Positions 10,796 through 21,392 are shown, counted from the first letter of the whole stretch. The stretch: 63,983 bases of DNA, filler included, from a bacterium (GCA_046331705.1; 3 parts of 3 records of this genome joined end to end with filler, not necessarily neighbours in it), one strand, 5' to 3'. Notes: generated from the letters alone by a model not told the origin. Numbers and translations are program-made.

Positions 10796-10861
10796 GGGGT
10801 GTTCGCGGCCGAGCTGGCGAACGGCGGGGGCCTGCGTGATCGGCCGGACATGGAGTGACGC

Positions 10862-11413
10862 GTGAGCGTGCCCTGCGTAGACCTGGACATCTGGATCGAG
10901 CGCTTTCGGGACGGCGATCTCGTCGGGCGAGCTCGCCGCGACGCCGAAGCGCACCTCGAAGGTTGCGAAACCTGTCGCGAGCGTCTCGCCGAGCTCGAAC
11001 AGGTCGGGTCGTTGCTCGCCAGCGCCTTCGCCGAAGTCGAGCTCCCCATCCCCGCCGAAGAGCTGAGCCGCCGCATCGCCGCGCGGCTCGATGCGTTGCC
11101 GGCAGCGGTCGCGGAGGCGCCGCACCGCTCGGTGGGCGCGTGGCGCTACGCGCTCGCCGCCGCCGTGGCCGGCTTCGTGCTCGTCTCCGGCGCCTTGTGG
11201 TTGGATCACGCCAAGCTCGACGGTCGGATCGCCGCCCGGGTGCAGACGTGGATCGGCCCGGGAAGCACCGACGTTGCCGACGACGCGCTCGACGAGCCGG
11301 TGCGCGTCGAGCTGGCGAGCCAGGCGCCCGAGGCGCCGCCCGTGCGACTCGTGTCCAGCAGCGATCCCCAATGGCAGGTGGTGTGGATCGGCAGTGAAGG
11401 GCCGCAGCCATGA
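10862..11413 (+). CDS. ZAS-type transmembrane anti-sigma factor
   Basis: N-terminal Cys plus AHLEGCETC (HxxxCxxC), TM ALAAAVAGFVLVSGALWL, directly after an ECF sigma. Confidence 0.85.
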   Translation: MSVPCVDLDIWIERFRDGDLVGRARRDAEAHLEGCETCRERLAELEQVGSLLASAFAEVELPIPAEELSRRIAARLDALPAAVAEAPHRSVGAWRYALAAAVAGFVLVSGALWLDHAKLDGRIAARVQTWIGPGSTDVADDALDEPVRVELASQAPEAPPVRLVSSSDPQWQVVWIGSEGPQP

Positions 11414-11955
11414 AGGCCGGGCGGCTCGGGTTGGGAGGACGCTGGGCGGTGGGCGCGTTGCTGGTGCTCGGCGCGACCGCGGCGGCGGCGCAGGAAGCCG
11501 AGCAGCGTCGCTTGATCCACACCCGCGTGGTCCACGCCTCGGTGACCGCGCCCAGCCGTGAGGTGTGGGTGGACCCGTCGCTGCGGCTGATCAGCACCAA
11601 GCTCACGTCGCAGTTTCCCTACAGGCGTTACACGTTGCTTCAAGACGTGACGCAATCGCTCGGCGTCGACGAGATGGGCTCCATCGTGCTCCCCGCCGAC
11701 GGTGGCTCCGTCGAGGTCAGGCCCATCGCGTTCGACGGCAAGCGCACGCGCATGGTGGTGCGTTTGGTCCCGGCGCGAGCGGATCTCGGGAATCGCGCCG
11801 TGCAGATCAAGGCGGAGACATCGCCCAGGGGCACCGTCGTCATCGGCGGCATGCCGCACCCCAACGGCACGCTGCTGATCCTGATCCAGCAGCACGAGGC
11901 TCTGCCGGCGGGTTCCGCCGCGAGCCGGGTCTTCGGCGCTTCGCCGCAGTACTGA
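11410..11955 (+). CDS. Exported hypothetical protein coupled to the anti-sigma gene
   Basis: ATGA overlap, signal peptide ending AAAAQ, beta-rich mature part. Confidence 0.75.
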   Translation: MKAGRLGLGGRWAVGALLVLGATAAAAQEAEQRRLIHTRVVHASVTAPSREVWVDPSLRLISTKLTSQFPYRRYTLLQDVTQSLGVDEMGSIVLPADGGSVEVRPIAFDGKRTRMVVRLVPARADLGNRAVQIKAETSPRGTVVIGGMPHPNGTLLILIQQHEALPAGSAASRVFGASPQY

Positions 11956-12111
11956 GCGCGACGGTCGACTCGCCCCGCACGGGCCGAGTAGCACGGCGCC
12001 CCAACCACCGATGCGCCCGCGACGGTGCGACCGGTGACGCGCAGCGCGGCTCACCCCGGCGAGCGGTTCTCGCGCTTGCCCGAGCGCTCTCGTCCTTCGG
12101 CCTGGAACGGC

Positions 12112-12510
12112 TCAGCGCTTGGGTGCTTCCGCTCGCCCCACCGAGAACACGAAGCGCGAGTCGCCGGCGACGATCTCGTCACCGTTGCGCAGCGCGTATT
12201 CCTCGACCTCCGAGTCGTTGAGATACGTGCCGTTCGACGATTCCAGGTCCTGGATCCGGAACTCGAGATTCCGATACGTGATCTGGAAATGGCGTCGCGA
12301 CATCGCCGGGTCCTTGACGCGGATGTCGGCGACCTCGCCGCGGCCGACCACGCTGGCGCTGGCGGTGAGCGTGAAGACTTCCTTGCTGGCAGGGCCGTCG
12401 ATGACCTTGAGCACGGCCGCGAGGTGCGCGGGGATCTTGAGATCCTCCGGGCTCAACGGCTTCTTGTCCATCGAGATCGTGGTCCGACGGGAGCGCGTTC
12501 CGGTGCTCAT
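12112..12510 (-). CDS. Stand-alone FHA domain protein
   Basis: VVGR, DPAMSRRH, IQDLESSNGTYLN, LRNGDEIVAG. AGGA before ATG 12510. Confidence 0.9.
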   Translation of the reverse strand: MSTGTRSRRTTISMDKKPLSPEDLKIPAHLAAVLKVIDGPASKEVFTLTASASVVGRGEVADIRVKDPAMSRRHFQITYRNLEFRIQDLESSNGTYLNDSEVEEYALRNGDEIVAGDSRFVFSVGRAEAPKR

Positions 12511-12787
12511 GGGTTGTCCTGGTGTCGCGATGCGTCCTCGAACGATGGTAACCATCGCGTTCGATACGCTCAACCAACGCTCCCTGGATCCGTCGCGCCG
12601 AGCGTCGCCGAGACCGGGCGCGACGCGAGCGGCGCTCTCCTGGCGGCGCTCGGCACGGCGTGGTAGGCCTCGACCCGCGGCGCGGAGCGGACGCGACCGC
12701 GTGGCGGGGTGCATGCGAGTCCGCCAGGAAACCATCCAGTCAGCCGCGTCGTAGATCGTTCACGATCCTCAACCGACGAGTGTGTCC

Positions 12788-14389
12788 ATGAATCGCCGAT
12801 CGTCTCCGACAACGCGATCTCCGCTCGCCTGGCGCGTGCTCGCGCTCGTGGCGGGTCTCGCTTCCTCGGTCGTGCCCGCGACCGCCTTCGCGCACTCGCT
12901 CGGCCCGAAGTTCTTCTCGCAGCAGATCTCCGTGAAGCTCGATGCCGAGTGGCTGAGGATCGCGTACACGATCGAGGTGCCCACGTCGCTGCTGCAGCGC
13001 GAGTTCGTGGAGATGGCGAAGAGCAAGCCCGACGCGCCGCCCGCGGAGATTCGCGAGGAGTTCAAGCGCTCCAAGGTGGACGCGTTGCGCACCGGCCTCG
13101 ACGTCTCGCTCAACCGCCAGCACCTCACGCTCGAGGACGATCCCGACGGCGCGCGGGAGTCGCGACCCAACGACATGTACTTCCAGCTCTACCGCTACGC
13201 GTTGCGGGCGAAGGTGGCCGGAAAGCTCGCCGATCAGAACGTCCTGGCGGTGCGCAACCGGAACTACGAGGGCGAGGAGACGCTCTATTCCGAGCACGTC
13301 GAGGTGGGCGAGGGGCTCGGCGAGGCGAGCACCGGGCTCGAAGGCGACGAGCGTTTCTTCCTGGACAGCCGCACCAACACCAAGTGGTTCCCGTCGCCGG
13401 AGCACCGCAACCTCGAGGTCCGCTTCACGCGTGCCGGCGTGGCGTTGCCCGCGGACGCGACGCGCGCCTCGGCGCCCGCGGTCGCGGCGCCCGGCCCCGG
13501 TGTCAAGGACGACAAGGCGTCGGCGCGCACCAGCCACGAAGTGAAGCGAATGGAATCGTATCTCGGTGCCACCACGCTGAGCCCGGCGCTCATTCTCGTG
13601 GGGCTGGCGGTCGCGTTCTTCCTGGGCTGCGGGCACGCGCTCTCGCCGGGGCATGGCAAGACCGTGGTGGCGGCGTATCTGGTGGGATCGAAGGGGCGAA
13701 TCCGCGACGCGGTGTTCCTGGGAACGGTGGTGACCGTGACCCACACCTCGGTGGTGATCCTGCTGGGCGTGGTGACGCTGAGCCTCTCCCAGTACGTGCT
13801 GCCCGAGAAGATCTACCCCTATCTGGCGTTCACGTCGGGCGCGCTGATCGTGGGGCTCGGCGCCTGGATGCTGGTGATCCGACTGCGCGCGTTGTTCGGC
13901 GGACACGGGCATTCGCACGATCATCACCACCATGACCACGGTCATGCGCACCACGATCACGACCACGACCACGATCACGATCACGCGCACGACCATTCCC
14001 ACGACCATGGCCACGGTCACGACCACGCGCACTTCCCCGACCCCTCGCAGCCGGTGTCGCTGCGCAGCTTGCTCTCGCTCGGGATCTCGGGGGGGATGGT
14101 GCCGTGCCCCTCGGCGCTGGTGGTGCTCTTGGCCGCGGTGGCGTATCACCGCGTCGCGTTCGGGCTGGCGCTGGTCCTGTCGTTCAGTCTCGGGTTGGCG
14201 TTGGTGCTCATCGCGATCGGCATCGCGATGGTGCTCGCCGGCAACTACATGCAGGAGAAGATGGGGATCCGCGAGAGTCCGTGGATTCGCAGGCTCCCGG
14301 TGCTGAGCGCCGGGATCGTGATCCTCTTCGGGCTCGGGATCTGCGGCAAGGTCTTGCTCGACGAGGGCATCCTCTCGATCAATCTCTGA
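12788..14389 (+). CDS. RcnA/NicO-family Ni/Co transporter with exported N-terminal domain and His-rich loop
   Basis: Signal peptide AFA-H, GHALSPGHGKT, THT, His/Asp-rich loop, GMVPCP, multiple TM helices. Confidence 0.88.
   Translation: MNRRSSPTTRSPLAWRVLALVAGLASSVVPATAFAHSLGPKFFSQQISVKLDAEWLRIAYTIEVPTSLLQREFVEMAKSKPDAPPAEIREEFKRSKVDALRTGLDVSLNRQHLTLEDDPDGARESRPNDMYFQLYRYALRAKVAGKLADQNVLAVRNRNYEGEETLYSEHVEVGEGLGEASTGLEGDERFFLDSRTNTKWFPSPEHRNLEVRFTRAGVALPADATRASAPAVAAPGPGVKDDKASARTSHEVKRMESYLGATTLSPALILVGLAVAFFLGCGHALSPGHGKTVVAAYLVGSKGRIRDAVFLGTVVTVTHTSVVILLGVVTLSLSQYVLPEKIYPYLAFTSGALIVGLGAWMLVIRLRALFGGHGHSHDHHHHDHGHAHHDHDHDHDHDHAHDHSHDHGHGHDHAHFPDPSQPVSLRSLLSLGISGGMVPCPSALVVLLAAVAYHRVAFGLALVLSFSLGLALVLIAIGIAMVLAGNYMQEKMGIRESPWIRRLPVLSAGIVILFGLGICGKVLLDEGILSINL
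13904..14032 (+). repeat. Coding (CAY-GAY)n His-Asp repeat
   Basis: Encodes HGHSHDHHHHDHGHAHHDHDHDHDHDHAHDHSHDHGHGHDHAH. Confidence 0.85.
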
Positions 14390-14484
14390 CGCCACGCGCT
14401 GGCGCCCGCCGTGAGGTCGGGACGCGCCGCCTCGTCCTCACGCGTTCGATCGTCGCTCGAGCCCGAACACGCGGCGCTTGCGCG

Positions 14485-16809
14485 TCATCTCGACGCGAGC
14501 CGCGGTGGCGTCCGGCCCACTCCTCGTCTGGCCCGAGCGCGCAGCAGGTGCGCCGCGACGGCGGCGGCCGCCGCCAGCCACACGTCCGTTGCGCTGGCGC
14601 CGTTGGCCGGCACCGCGCAGCCTCCCCCGCCGCCCGGCGGCGGGGGTTCGCACGCGTCGCCGACGCCATCGCCGTCCGAGTCGAGCTGGTTCGCGTTCGG
14701 CGTGTCCGGGCAGTTGTCGGTCGCGTCGGGAACGCCATCGCCGTCGCGATCGGCGCCGCCACTGCCCTCGCACGCGTCGCCGAGTCCATCGCCGTCGGAG
14801 TCGGCCTGACCTGGGTTGGCGACACTCGGGCAGTTGTCCGTGCTGTCCGGCACACCGTCTCCGTCGGAGTCGAGCGGTCCGCCGCCATTGGCGGGCTGGA
14901 TCCGGAGCGCGTACTGGAGATCGAGCGGCCCACCGGCGCCGATCGTGAGCGGTCCAGCGGTGGCGCGCTCGTCGCTCGAGAGCGTGACCGTGACCGAGCT
15001 CGCGTCGACGCTGACCGTGCCGTCGAGTGGATCGGCGCGCTTCTCCCAGGTGTCACCGCGCCACGCGCCACGCTCGACACGCCAGCCGCCAGCGGGCGTC
15101 GCCACCTGGAAACGAGCGCGATACGAGACGCCCACGGCGGTGAAGTCGGCGTTCCCGGTGCGCACGATCGCGCCGCGGGCGGGCGTGCCCGCGTCGCCGA
15201 GGTCGGTGAGCGTGACCTGGGTGCTGCCCACGCTCACGGTCCCGCCCGAGAAGGTGTCGCCGCTTCCGAGGTACGCGCGATCGAAGAACGCCACCAGGTT
15301 CGCCGTGCCCGCCGCGCGCGCCAGCGGTGCCATCGCGGAGCCGAGCGCCGCGTTGGTGGCCCGCGCGTAGAACGCCCCCGAGAACGTCTGCCCCAGGATC
15401 GACTGGAACCAGGTGCCCTTGGTCGCGTTCGGGAAGATCCCGCGGGTGACACCGTCGCTCACCATGCCGACGAAGAGGCTCACGATGTCGCCGTAGAGCG
15501 CGTACGAGCTCATGCCCATGCCCAGGTAGGTGGCGCCGCCGTTCGCGAGATTCGAGCCGAGCACGCCGAAGACCTGGAAATGCGGGAAATACTGCGCGCC
15601 GAACTCGGGCGCGAACAGGAAGTTCTTCGCCGAGTCGGCCTGTGGGTCGTAGACCTCCTGCTTGTATCCGTACATGTCGGGGCCGGCGCTCACGATTCCC
15701 GCGTTCGTGATCCAGCCGTCGACGTCGTGGAACGGCGAGCCGGGATGGTCGGGCTCGGGGGTCGAGGGCTCGTCGTGTCCGAAGAGGTTGAGGATCAGCG
15801 GGAAATTCGGCAGTCGCGCGTGCGCCGCTCGCGTGAGCTCCGCCCAGTAGCGCTGCATCGACCACTGGGTGTAGACCTCGTCGATGCCGAGCTCGGCGAC
15901 GAGCGCGGGGCGCGCGTTCTGGTACTGGGTGAAGGTGGGGAAGGACGCGTCGAAGCCGGCGATGCGCTCGCTGGGGTTCGCGAACTGGTGCTCGGAGAGC
16001 GCGCACCGGCAGCGTTGCGTGGGCTTGGAGGCCGGATCGCTCTCGTCGACGAGCGCCGGCTCGTTCTCGACCTGCAGGGTGATGATCACGTCGCCCGCGG
16101 CGTTCGCGTTGGCGATCCAGTCCACCAGCGCCAGGAAGTCGGCGCGCTCGCGGGCCAGCACGTTCGGCCAGTCGGGACAGAAGACTCCGCGATTGGCGGT
16201 GGCGCTGGGCGGGCTCGCGGCGATCGATCCGTCCGGGTTCGTGACCACCACGAAGCTCCCGTAGCTCGCCGGGCCGTTCACGAAGTCGAAGCCAGGCGGC
16301 GGCGCCAAGCTGCCGCTCGCGTGGAACGTGCCCGACTTCGAGGCGATGTCGTCGGGGGCGAAATTCGCCTTGCCGATCACGTTCGAGCCTTCCCACGCCA
16401 GGTTGATCTTGAGCCCGCGGGCGCGCGCGCCCGCGACCACCGCGTCCAGATCGGCGCGCGTCGGATCGTTGGCGCGAAACACGTTGCGCGTGGCACCCGA
16501 AGCGAACGTCCGCCAGCGCACCGGCACGCGAACCGCGTTGAAGCCCACGCTCTTCGCCGTGTCCAGGTACTCGTCGACGGTGAGGTTCTCGGGGTCCTTG
16601 TCCGAGTTCTCCTGAAGCTGGGCGGCGAGCTCCAGGAATGGAGCGCCATCCACGATCAGGACGGGATGGCCGTTCACGGTGTCGACGCGCGGCGCCGCAC
16701 GCGCATCGGTGGGCGCGAACGAGCCGGCGACGAGGAGCGCCGCGGTCAGCGCTACGACGAGTTGGGGGTGGGCATGGCGCACGATGGGATGGCGGACGGT
16801 GGCGGACAT
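14485..16809 (-). CDS. Secreted clan GH-A-like (GH35/GH42-like) hydrolase with TSP type-3 repeats and Cys-TM-Arg sorting tail
   Basis: Signal peptide, [30 protein letters not shown], two DxDGDGVPD..DNCP...DxDGDGxGDAC units, [25 protein letters not shown]. Confidence 0.7.
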   Translation of the reverse strand: MSATVRHPIVRHAHPQLVVALTAALLVAGSFAPTDARAAPRVDTVNGHPVLIVDGAPFLELAAQLQENSDKDPENLTVDEYLDTAKSVGFNAVRVPVRWRTFASGATRNVFRANDPTRADLDAVVAGARARGLKINLAWEGSNVIGKANFAPDDIASKSGTFHASGSLAPPPGFDFVNGPASYGSFVVVTNPDGSIAASPPSATANRGVFCPDWPNVLARERADFLALVDWIANANAAGDVIITLQVENEPALVDESDPASKPTQRCRCALSEHQFANPSERIAGFDASFPTFTQYQNARPALVAELGIDEVYTQWSMQRYWAELTRAAHARLPNFPLILNLFGHDEPSTPEPDHPGSPFHDVDGWITNAGIVSAGPDMYGYKQEVYDPQADSAKNFLFAPEFGAQYFPHFQVFGVLGSNLANGGATYLGMGMSSYALYGDIVSLFVGMVSDGVTRGIFPNATKGTWFQSILGQTFSGAFYARATNAALGSAMAPLARAAGTANLVAFFDRAYLGSGDTFSGGTVSVGSTQVTLTDLGDAGTPARGAIVRTGNADFTAVGVSYRARFQVATPAGGWRVERGAWRGDTWEKRADPLDGTVSVDASSVTVTLSSDERATAGPLTIGAGGPLDLQYALRIQPANGGGPLDSDGDGVPDSTDNCPSVANPGQADSDGDGLGDACEGSGGADRDGDGVPDATDNCPDTPNANQLDSDGDGVGDACEPPPPGGGGGCAVPANGASATDVWLAAAAAVAAHLLRARARRGVGRTPPRLASR

Positions 16810-16954
16810 GACGCGCGAGTCTACCAGCCGTGCGAGCGCGATCGCCGTGCCCGCAGCGCATTGGCGGGGTTGGGGGCCATCGCTATACTGCGCGGCTCGC
16901 GCGGGGCTGGGACCCGCGGTGAATCTCTGCCGAATCTTCCGGAGGAAGACGCTG

Positions 16955-17374
16955 ATGAGCCGACGTACACTTCGTGTGGGCTTCACCCTTGCCGTGGTCG
17001 CGCTGGTCGCGGGTTGCGGCGGCGGAGGCAAGGAGACGCTGCAGAAGGTCGATCTGCCGCTCTTCACCGGTTGGTTCTGGCACCTCCTCACGTTCTTTGC
17101 CGTCGTCGGCGTCGCCTACCTGGTGAACCAGAAGGGCGAGGCCAACGAGGATTCGCTCTTCAAGCTCGGCAATCGGCTGCGGCAGCTCGAAGATCGGCTC
17201 GAGGAGCTGCAGAAGACCGTGCATTCCGCCAAGGCCGAGGCCCCGGCCGCAGCGGCGGCTCCGGCGGCCGCGGCTCCCGCTGCACCGGCACCCGCCACCC
17301 CGGCACCGGCCGCGAAGTCCGCGGGCGGCGCCAAGAACGCCAAGAAGAAGAGCGACGAATCGAAGCCGGCTTGA
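16955..17374 (+). CDS. Small lipoprotein with an extra TM helix, coiled coil and Ala/Pro/Lys tail
   Basis: GGAGG RBS, lipobox [39 protein letters not shown]. Confidence 0.75.
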   Translation: MSRRTLRVGFTLAVVALVAGCGGGGKETLQKVDLPLFTGWFWHLLTFFAVVGVAYLVNQKGEANEDSLFKLGNRLRQLEDRLEELQKTVHSAKAEAPAAAAAPAAAAPAAPAPATPAPAAKSAGGAKNAKKKSDESKPA

Positions 17375-17428
17375 GCTCGTTGCACGCGGCAATCTCGGGT
17401 TCCGTCCCGAACGAGTCATGAAGCGAAT

Positions 17429-17455
17429 GGGCCGCCCGTCGAAACCGGGCGGCCC
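17429..17455 (+). terminator. GC hairpin, possible terminator
   Basis: GGGCCGCCCG/CGGGCGGCCC 10-bp stem followed by TTCGT, downstream of 16955-17374. Confidence 0.45.
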
Positions 17456-17474
17456 TTCGTCGTCCAGGCCCCCC

Positions 17475-19715
17475 ATGCGTCGATCGGACCTCGAGCGCGC
17501 CGCTCGAGCAACGCTCGCGGCGGCGTTGCTCGCGGCGTTCGCGGGTGCGCCGTGGGCTCACGCCGCGCCGCGGATCGGCACGGTCGAGGGTCACGCGGCG
17601 TTCATCGTCGACGAGCAGCCGTTCTTCAATCTCTCCGTGCACCTCGAGGAGAGCGCCCCGCAGGAGCTCGAGAACGTCGCCGTCGAGAGCTACGTGGACA
17701 CCGCCCACGAGCTGGGCTTCACGGCGGTGCGGGCGCTGCTCAACTGGAATACGTGGGAAGAGCGGATCGCCCGCCCCGAGATCATCACCAACGATCTGAC
17801 GCGCAGCCAGCTCGACGCATTGGTCGCGCGGGCTCGCTTGCGTGGGCTCAAGGTGAATCTGGTCTGGCAGGGCAGCAACATCACCGGGCGCAGCAATCGC
17901 GCGCCCGCCGACATGTATCCGCCCCCGCCGGCGTCGAGCGCGCCCTCGGGGACGTTCCACGCGCTCGGCGACTTCGTCCCGCCGGCGAGCTTCGACTACG
18001 TCAACGATCCGCAGGCCTTCGCGGGCTTCGTGCTGCTCACGAACACGCAGGGCGCGATCGCCTCCGACGCCGACGAGCCGCCGGCGAACTTCGGCGTCTA
18101 TTGCCCGAACTGGCCGAACGAGCTGGCGCGCGAGAAGCGCGCCCTCGCCGACCTCGCCGCGTGGATTCGCGATCAGAACTCCCAAGGCGACGTGATCGTG
18201 AGCCTGCAGCTCCAGAACGAAGTGCGCGTGCAGGTCCAGCACGAGGGAATCGTCGCGCTCGACCGTTGCCACTGTGCGCTTTCCGACTACCTCTTCGCCC
18301 ATCGAGACCAGGTGCCGGCCGGCTTCGGGGCCGACGCGCCCACGTTCCAGCAGTTCCTCGATCGCTATCCCGAGCTTCCCCAGAAGGTCACGATCGAGGA
18401 GGCGTTCAACCAGTGGTCGTTCACGCTGCATTTCCGGGAGCTGATCCGCGCGGTGCGTGCGGTCACGCCGGAGCTGCCCATCGTCGTGAACAGCTTCGGC
18501 GAGGACTTTCTCGACACGCCCGAGACCGAGAACCCCGGCTCGCCGATCCACCACGTGCAGGGCTACCTCGACGTCGGCACGAGCATCGTCGGGCCGGACA
18601 TGTTCGGGTTCCAGTGGGAGGTCTTCCAGAGCCCGTTCGCCATCCCGGGAAACCTCCCGTGGGTGCCGGAGTTCGGCGTGCAGTCGCGGCCGTACTTCCA
18701 GGTGTTCGGCATGCTCGGCTCGAACGTCGCCGGGGATGGCCTCGCCACCGACACCGGCCCCGCGTACCTGGGCGCCGGCTACGGCGCGTACGCGCTCTTC
18801 GGTGACGTGCAGAGCCTCTTCTTCGGCCTGGTCAGCGACGGTGTTCAGCGCGGCATCATCCCGGCTCAGCCCTTCGGCACGTATTTCAAGGACGTGTTCG
18901 GGGTGCCGTACTCGGGCGGCTTCTACACGCGGAACTCGTTCCATGCGCTGCGTAGCGCCGGCCCGTGGCTCGCGCGCTGGGAAGGCACGCCGCGGCTGAT
19001 CTCGTTTTGGGATCGTGTCGTGCTCGCCGAGAACGAGGACAACTTCTCGGGCGGTACCTGGAACATGGCGGGCGTGAACGTGAAGCTCACGGATCACGGC
19101 ACGTCCACCACGCCCGCGCGTGGCTCGGTGATCCGCACCGGCGACCTCGACTTCACGGTGCTCGGCGTCTCGTTCGCCGCCGAGATCGAAGCGCCCGTTC
19201 CGCCCGGCGAGATCTACACCGTCGAGCGCGGCTACTGGCGCGGCAGCGAGTGGGTGCGCACCGCCGATCCGCTTCCGGGGAGCGTGGCCGTCGATCCCGT
19301 CGACGGTCATCCGACCGTGCGGCTCTCCGACGACAACCTCACCGACCAAGGGCTCGTGACCGCGGGCATTGCCGGCCCACTCGACTTGCAGTACGCCGTG
19401 CGGCTCTACGTGACCAACCCGGGCACGCCGGATCGGGATGGCGATGGCGTTCCCGACATCGGCGACAACTGCCTCACGGTGGCGAACGCCGACCAAGCCG
19501 ACGCCGACGGGGATGGGATCGGCGACGTTTGCGACTCGACTCCCAATCCCGACGATGGCGGCGGCGAGGAGCCGCCACCGCATTCGCTGGGTGGCGGCGG
19601 CGGATGCGCGATCGCGGCGCACGCCGATCCGGCGCTCGGATCGCCGAACGCGCTAGTCGTCGCGCTCGCCGTGGTCCTCCAGCGTGCCGTCGGTCGTCGT
19701 CGACGCCGCGCTTGA
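17475..19715 (+). CDS. Paralogous secreted GH-A-like hydrolase with TSP3 repeat and Cys-TM-Arg sorting tail
   Basis: Signal peptide [43 protein letters not shown]...DGIGDVCD, GGGGGCAI-hydrophobic-RRRRRA. Alternative start 17418. Confidence 0.7.
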   Translation: MRRSDLERAARATLAAALLAAFAGAPWAHAAPRIGTVEGHAAFIVDEQPFFNLSVHLEESAPQELENVAVESYVDTAHELGFTAVRALLNWNTWEERIARPEIITNDLTRSQLDALVARARLRGLKVNLVWQGSNITGRSNRAPADMYPPPPASSAPSGTFHALGDFVPPASFDYVNDPQAFAGFVLLTNTQGAIASDADEPPANFGVYCPNWPNELAREKRALADLAAWIRDQNSQGDVIVSLQLQNEVRVQVQHEGIVALDRCHCALSDYLFAHRDQVPAGFGADAPTFQQFLDRYPELPQKVTIEEAFNQWSFTLHFRELIRAVRAVTPELPIVVNSFGEDFLDTPETENPGSPIHHVQGYLDVGTSIVGPDMFGFQWEVFQSPFAIPGNLPWVPEFGVQSRPYFQVFGMLGSNVAGDGLATDTGPAYLGAGYGAYALFGDVQSLFFGLVSDGVQRGIIPAQPFGTYFKDVFGVPYSGGFYTRNSFHALRSAGPWLARWEGTPRLISFWDRVVLAENEDNFSGGTWNMAGVNVKLTDHGTSTTPARGSVIRTGDLDFTVLGVSFAAEIEAPVPPGEIYTVERGYWRGSEWVRTADPLPGSVAVDPVDGHPTVRLSDDNLTDQGLVTAGIAGPLDLQYAVRLYVTNPGTPDRDGDGVPDIGDNCLTVANADQADADGDGIGDVCDSTPNPDDGGGEEPPPHSLGGGGGCAIAAHADPALGSPNALVVALAVVLQRAVGRRRRRA

Positions 19716-21392
19716 TCCTGGCTCGGCCACCCGCGCCGGCACGCTGAAGCGCGCCAGCGCCTCGAACCCGGCCGTGTCGGTGAGCCGCGCCCGAGCGCGA
19801 ATCCTCCCCTCGGACGGGCCGGCCTCGCCGCCGACGAGGTCGAGCGGCACGGCGCCGGCGTAGGTCCCGGGCTCGATCTCCGCGAGCGGCCACGCGCTCG
19901 TGGACGCGCCCACGGTCACGGTGGCGACGGCGGACTCGCTGCCGAGCACGAGCACGTCGAGCTCCGCGGCGCCGTCGCTGCCGCGCGTCGCGCGGCCGGT
20001 GGCGAGCGTGATCGTGGCGCGCGGGTCCTCGAGCTCGCGGCCCGCGAGCGTGGTGCGAAGCGGGCTCGAGGTCGAGGTCGTGATCCGATAACGCGCCGCC
20101 ACGCTGGGCCGCTCGCGCTTGGCGGCCGCTTCCTCGGCGCGCAGCCGTCCTGGGCCGAAGAGCGCGGTTCCGGTCGGCGCCGACGCGTCCGGCGCGATCG
20201 ACACCAGCTCCGAGGGAGGAGAGGGATTGCCCGCGGCGTCGTAGCCGAGAACCGTGTAGTAGCGTCGGGTCAGATCGAAGAATCCATGCTCGTCGACGGT
20301 GAACGGATCGCCGAAGCCGGTCTCGTGCGTGCGACCCACGAACGTGAAGCGATAGGGGAAGCCGTCGGAGCGGAAGACGCCATAGTGGTGGACGACTCCA
20401 TTCTCGGGGCGCCACGCCCACGTCAGCGCGAAGCCCCCTGCGGTCTTGCCGCCCGTGCGCCGGACGGTGAGTCCCGCGGGCGGCAGCGGCCGATCGGAGT
20501 CGGCGAGCAGCGCACCCGGCGCGAGCTCGACCTCGTCGTGGCGACCGCTCGGATCGCTCAGCCGCGCCGTGAGCGCCAGCGCGCCAGGCGCGAGGCCGGG
20601 TGGAACGCGAAACCGCGTCGCGTAGTGGCCGCGGCGTGTCTCGACCAGCGGCACGACGCTCGGCGTGCCGCCGATGCGCACGGCTCCGTCGAGGCCAGCG
20701 CCGGCGTCGAGGCCGACCTCGATCTCGTCCCACGTGCAAAGTGGCAGTCGCCCGGCGACCGGAACCGCCCACGCGTTCGAGATCGGCTCGTGCTTGCGGA
20801 CGAGCGAGGGGGCCGTGTCCACGGGCGGCGACCACAGCCGGGCGCTCTCTTCGCCGAGACGCGCAGCCGCTGCGCGCGCGGTCGCGACGCGCAGCCGCGC
20901 CAAGATCGAAGACATGTCCTCCAACGCATCGAGGCCGTCGCCGAGCTCGCCGACGGCGCTCGCGTGGACCACTATCGCGTCGTCGCGGCCTTCCGCCTGA
21001 TCGGGCCCGCCGAGGCGGATCGTCGCGGTCAAGTCGATCGCGGCGCGCACCCCGCCGCCACTCTCCACGGCGCTCAGCGTGGTGGAGACTCGGCCGCCGC
21101 TCGTTCCCTCGGCGGGCCCCGTCCCGCTCGCATCGACCAATCGGAAGCCGGCGCCGACGAGGGCGCGCGACAACGATGCGACGAATTGGTCGTCGACCGT
21201 GCTCACCAGCGCGGCGGCGCTCTCGGGGCGCAACGCCCAGATCGGGGGTGCAATCGCGAGCGTCGCCGGCGCTTCCGCGAGCAAGCGCGGACCGCCCTGG
21301 GTCGCGCAGCTCGCGAGCGCCCAGAGCGCCCACGCGCCCGCGAGCACGCTGCCGCAGCCATCGCGCGAGCGCATCGAGCGTCGGCCGTTCAC
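19653..21392 (-). CDS. Multidomain lipoprotein with an Fn3-like domain
   Basis: GTGA overlap with upstream gene, lipobox LASC, Fn3-like PxxPAGL...LTW...Y...YYTVLGYDAAGNPSPPS. 3' end overlaps the convergent gene by 63 nt. Confidence 0.65.
   Translation of the reverse strand: MNGRRSMRSRDGCGSVLAGAWALWALASCATQGGPRLLAEAPATLAIAPPIWALRPESAAALVSTVDDQFVASLSRALVGAGFRLVDASGTGPAEGTSGGRVSTTLSAVESGGGVRAAIDLTATIRLGGPDQAEGRDDAIVVHASAVGELGDGLDALEDMSSILARLRVATARAAAARLGEESARLWSPPVDTAPSLVRKHEPISNAWAVPVAGRLPLCTWDEIEVGLDAGAGLDGAVRIGGTPSVVPLVETRRGHYATRFRVPPGLAPGALALTARLSDPSGRHDEVELAPGALLADSDRPLPPAGLTVRRTGGKTAGGFALTWAWRPENGVVHHYGVFRSDGFPYRFTFVGRTHETGFGDPFTVDEHGFFDLTRRYYTVLGYDAAGNPSPPSELVSIAPDASAPTGTALFGPGRLRAEEAAAKRERPSVAARYRITTSTSSPLRTTLAGRELEDPRATITLATGRATRGSDGAAELDVLVLGSESAVATVTVGASTSAWPLAEIEPGTYAGAVPLDLVGGEAGPSEGRIRARARLTDTAGFEALARFSVPARVAEPGSSAASTTTDGTLEDHGERDD

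Noticed and set aside
14650..14875. CRISPR-like direct repeats
   Set aside because: They are in-frame coding TSP3 repeats; no spacer array or cas genes in the window.
14104..17421. Very long ORFs such as 14104-17421 (+), 36195-39203 (-), 40687-43734 (-)
   Set aside because: Antisense or off-frame shadows of real GC-rich genes; Arg/Ala-rich with no motifs.
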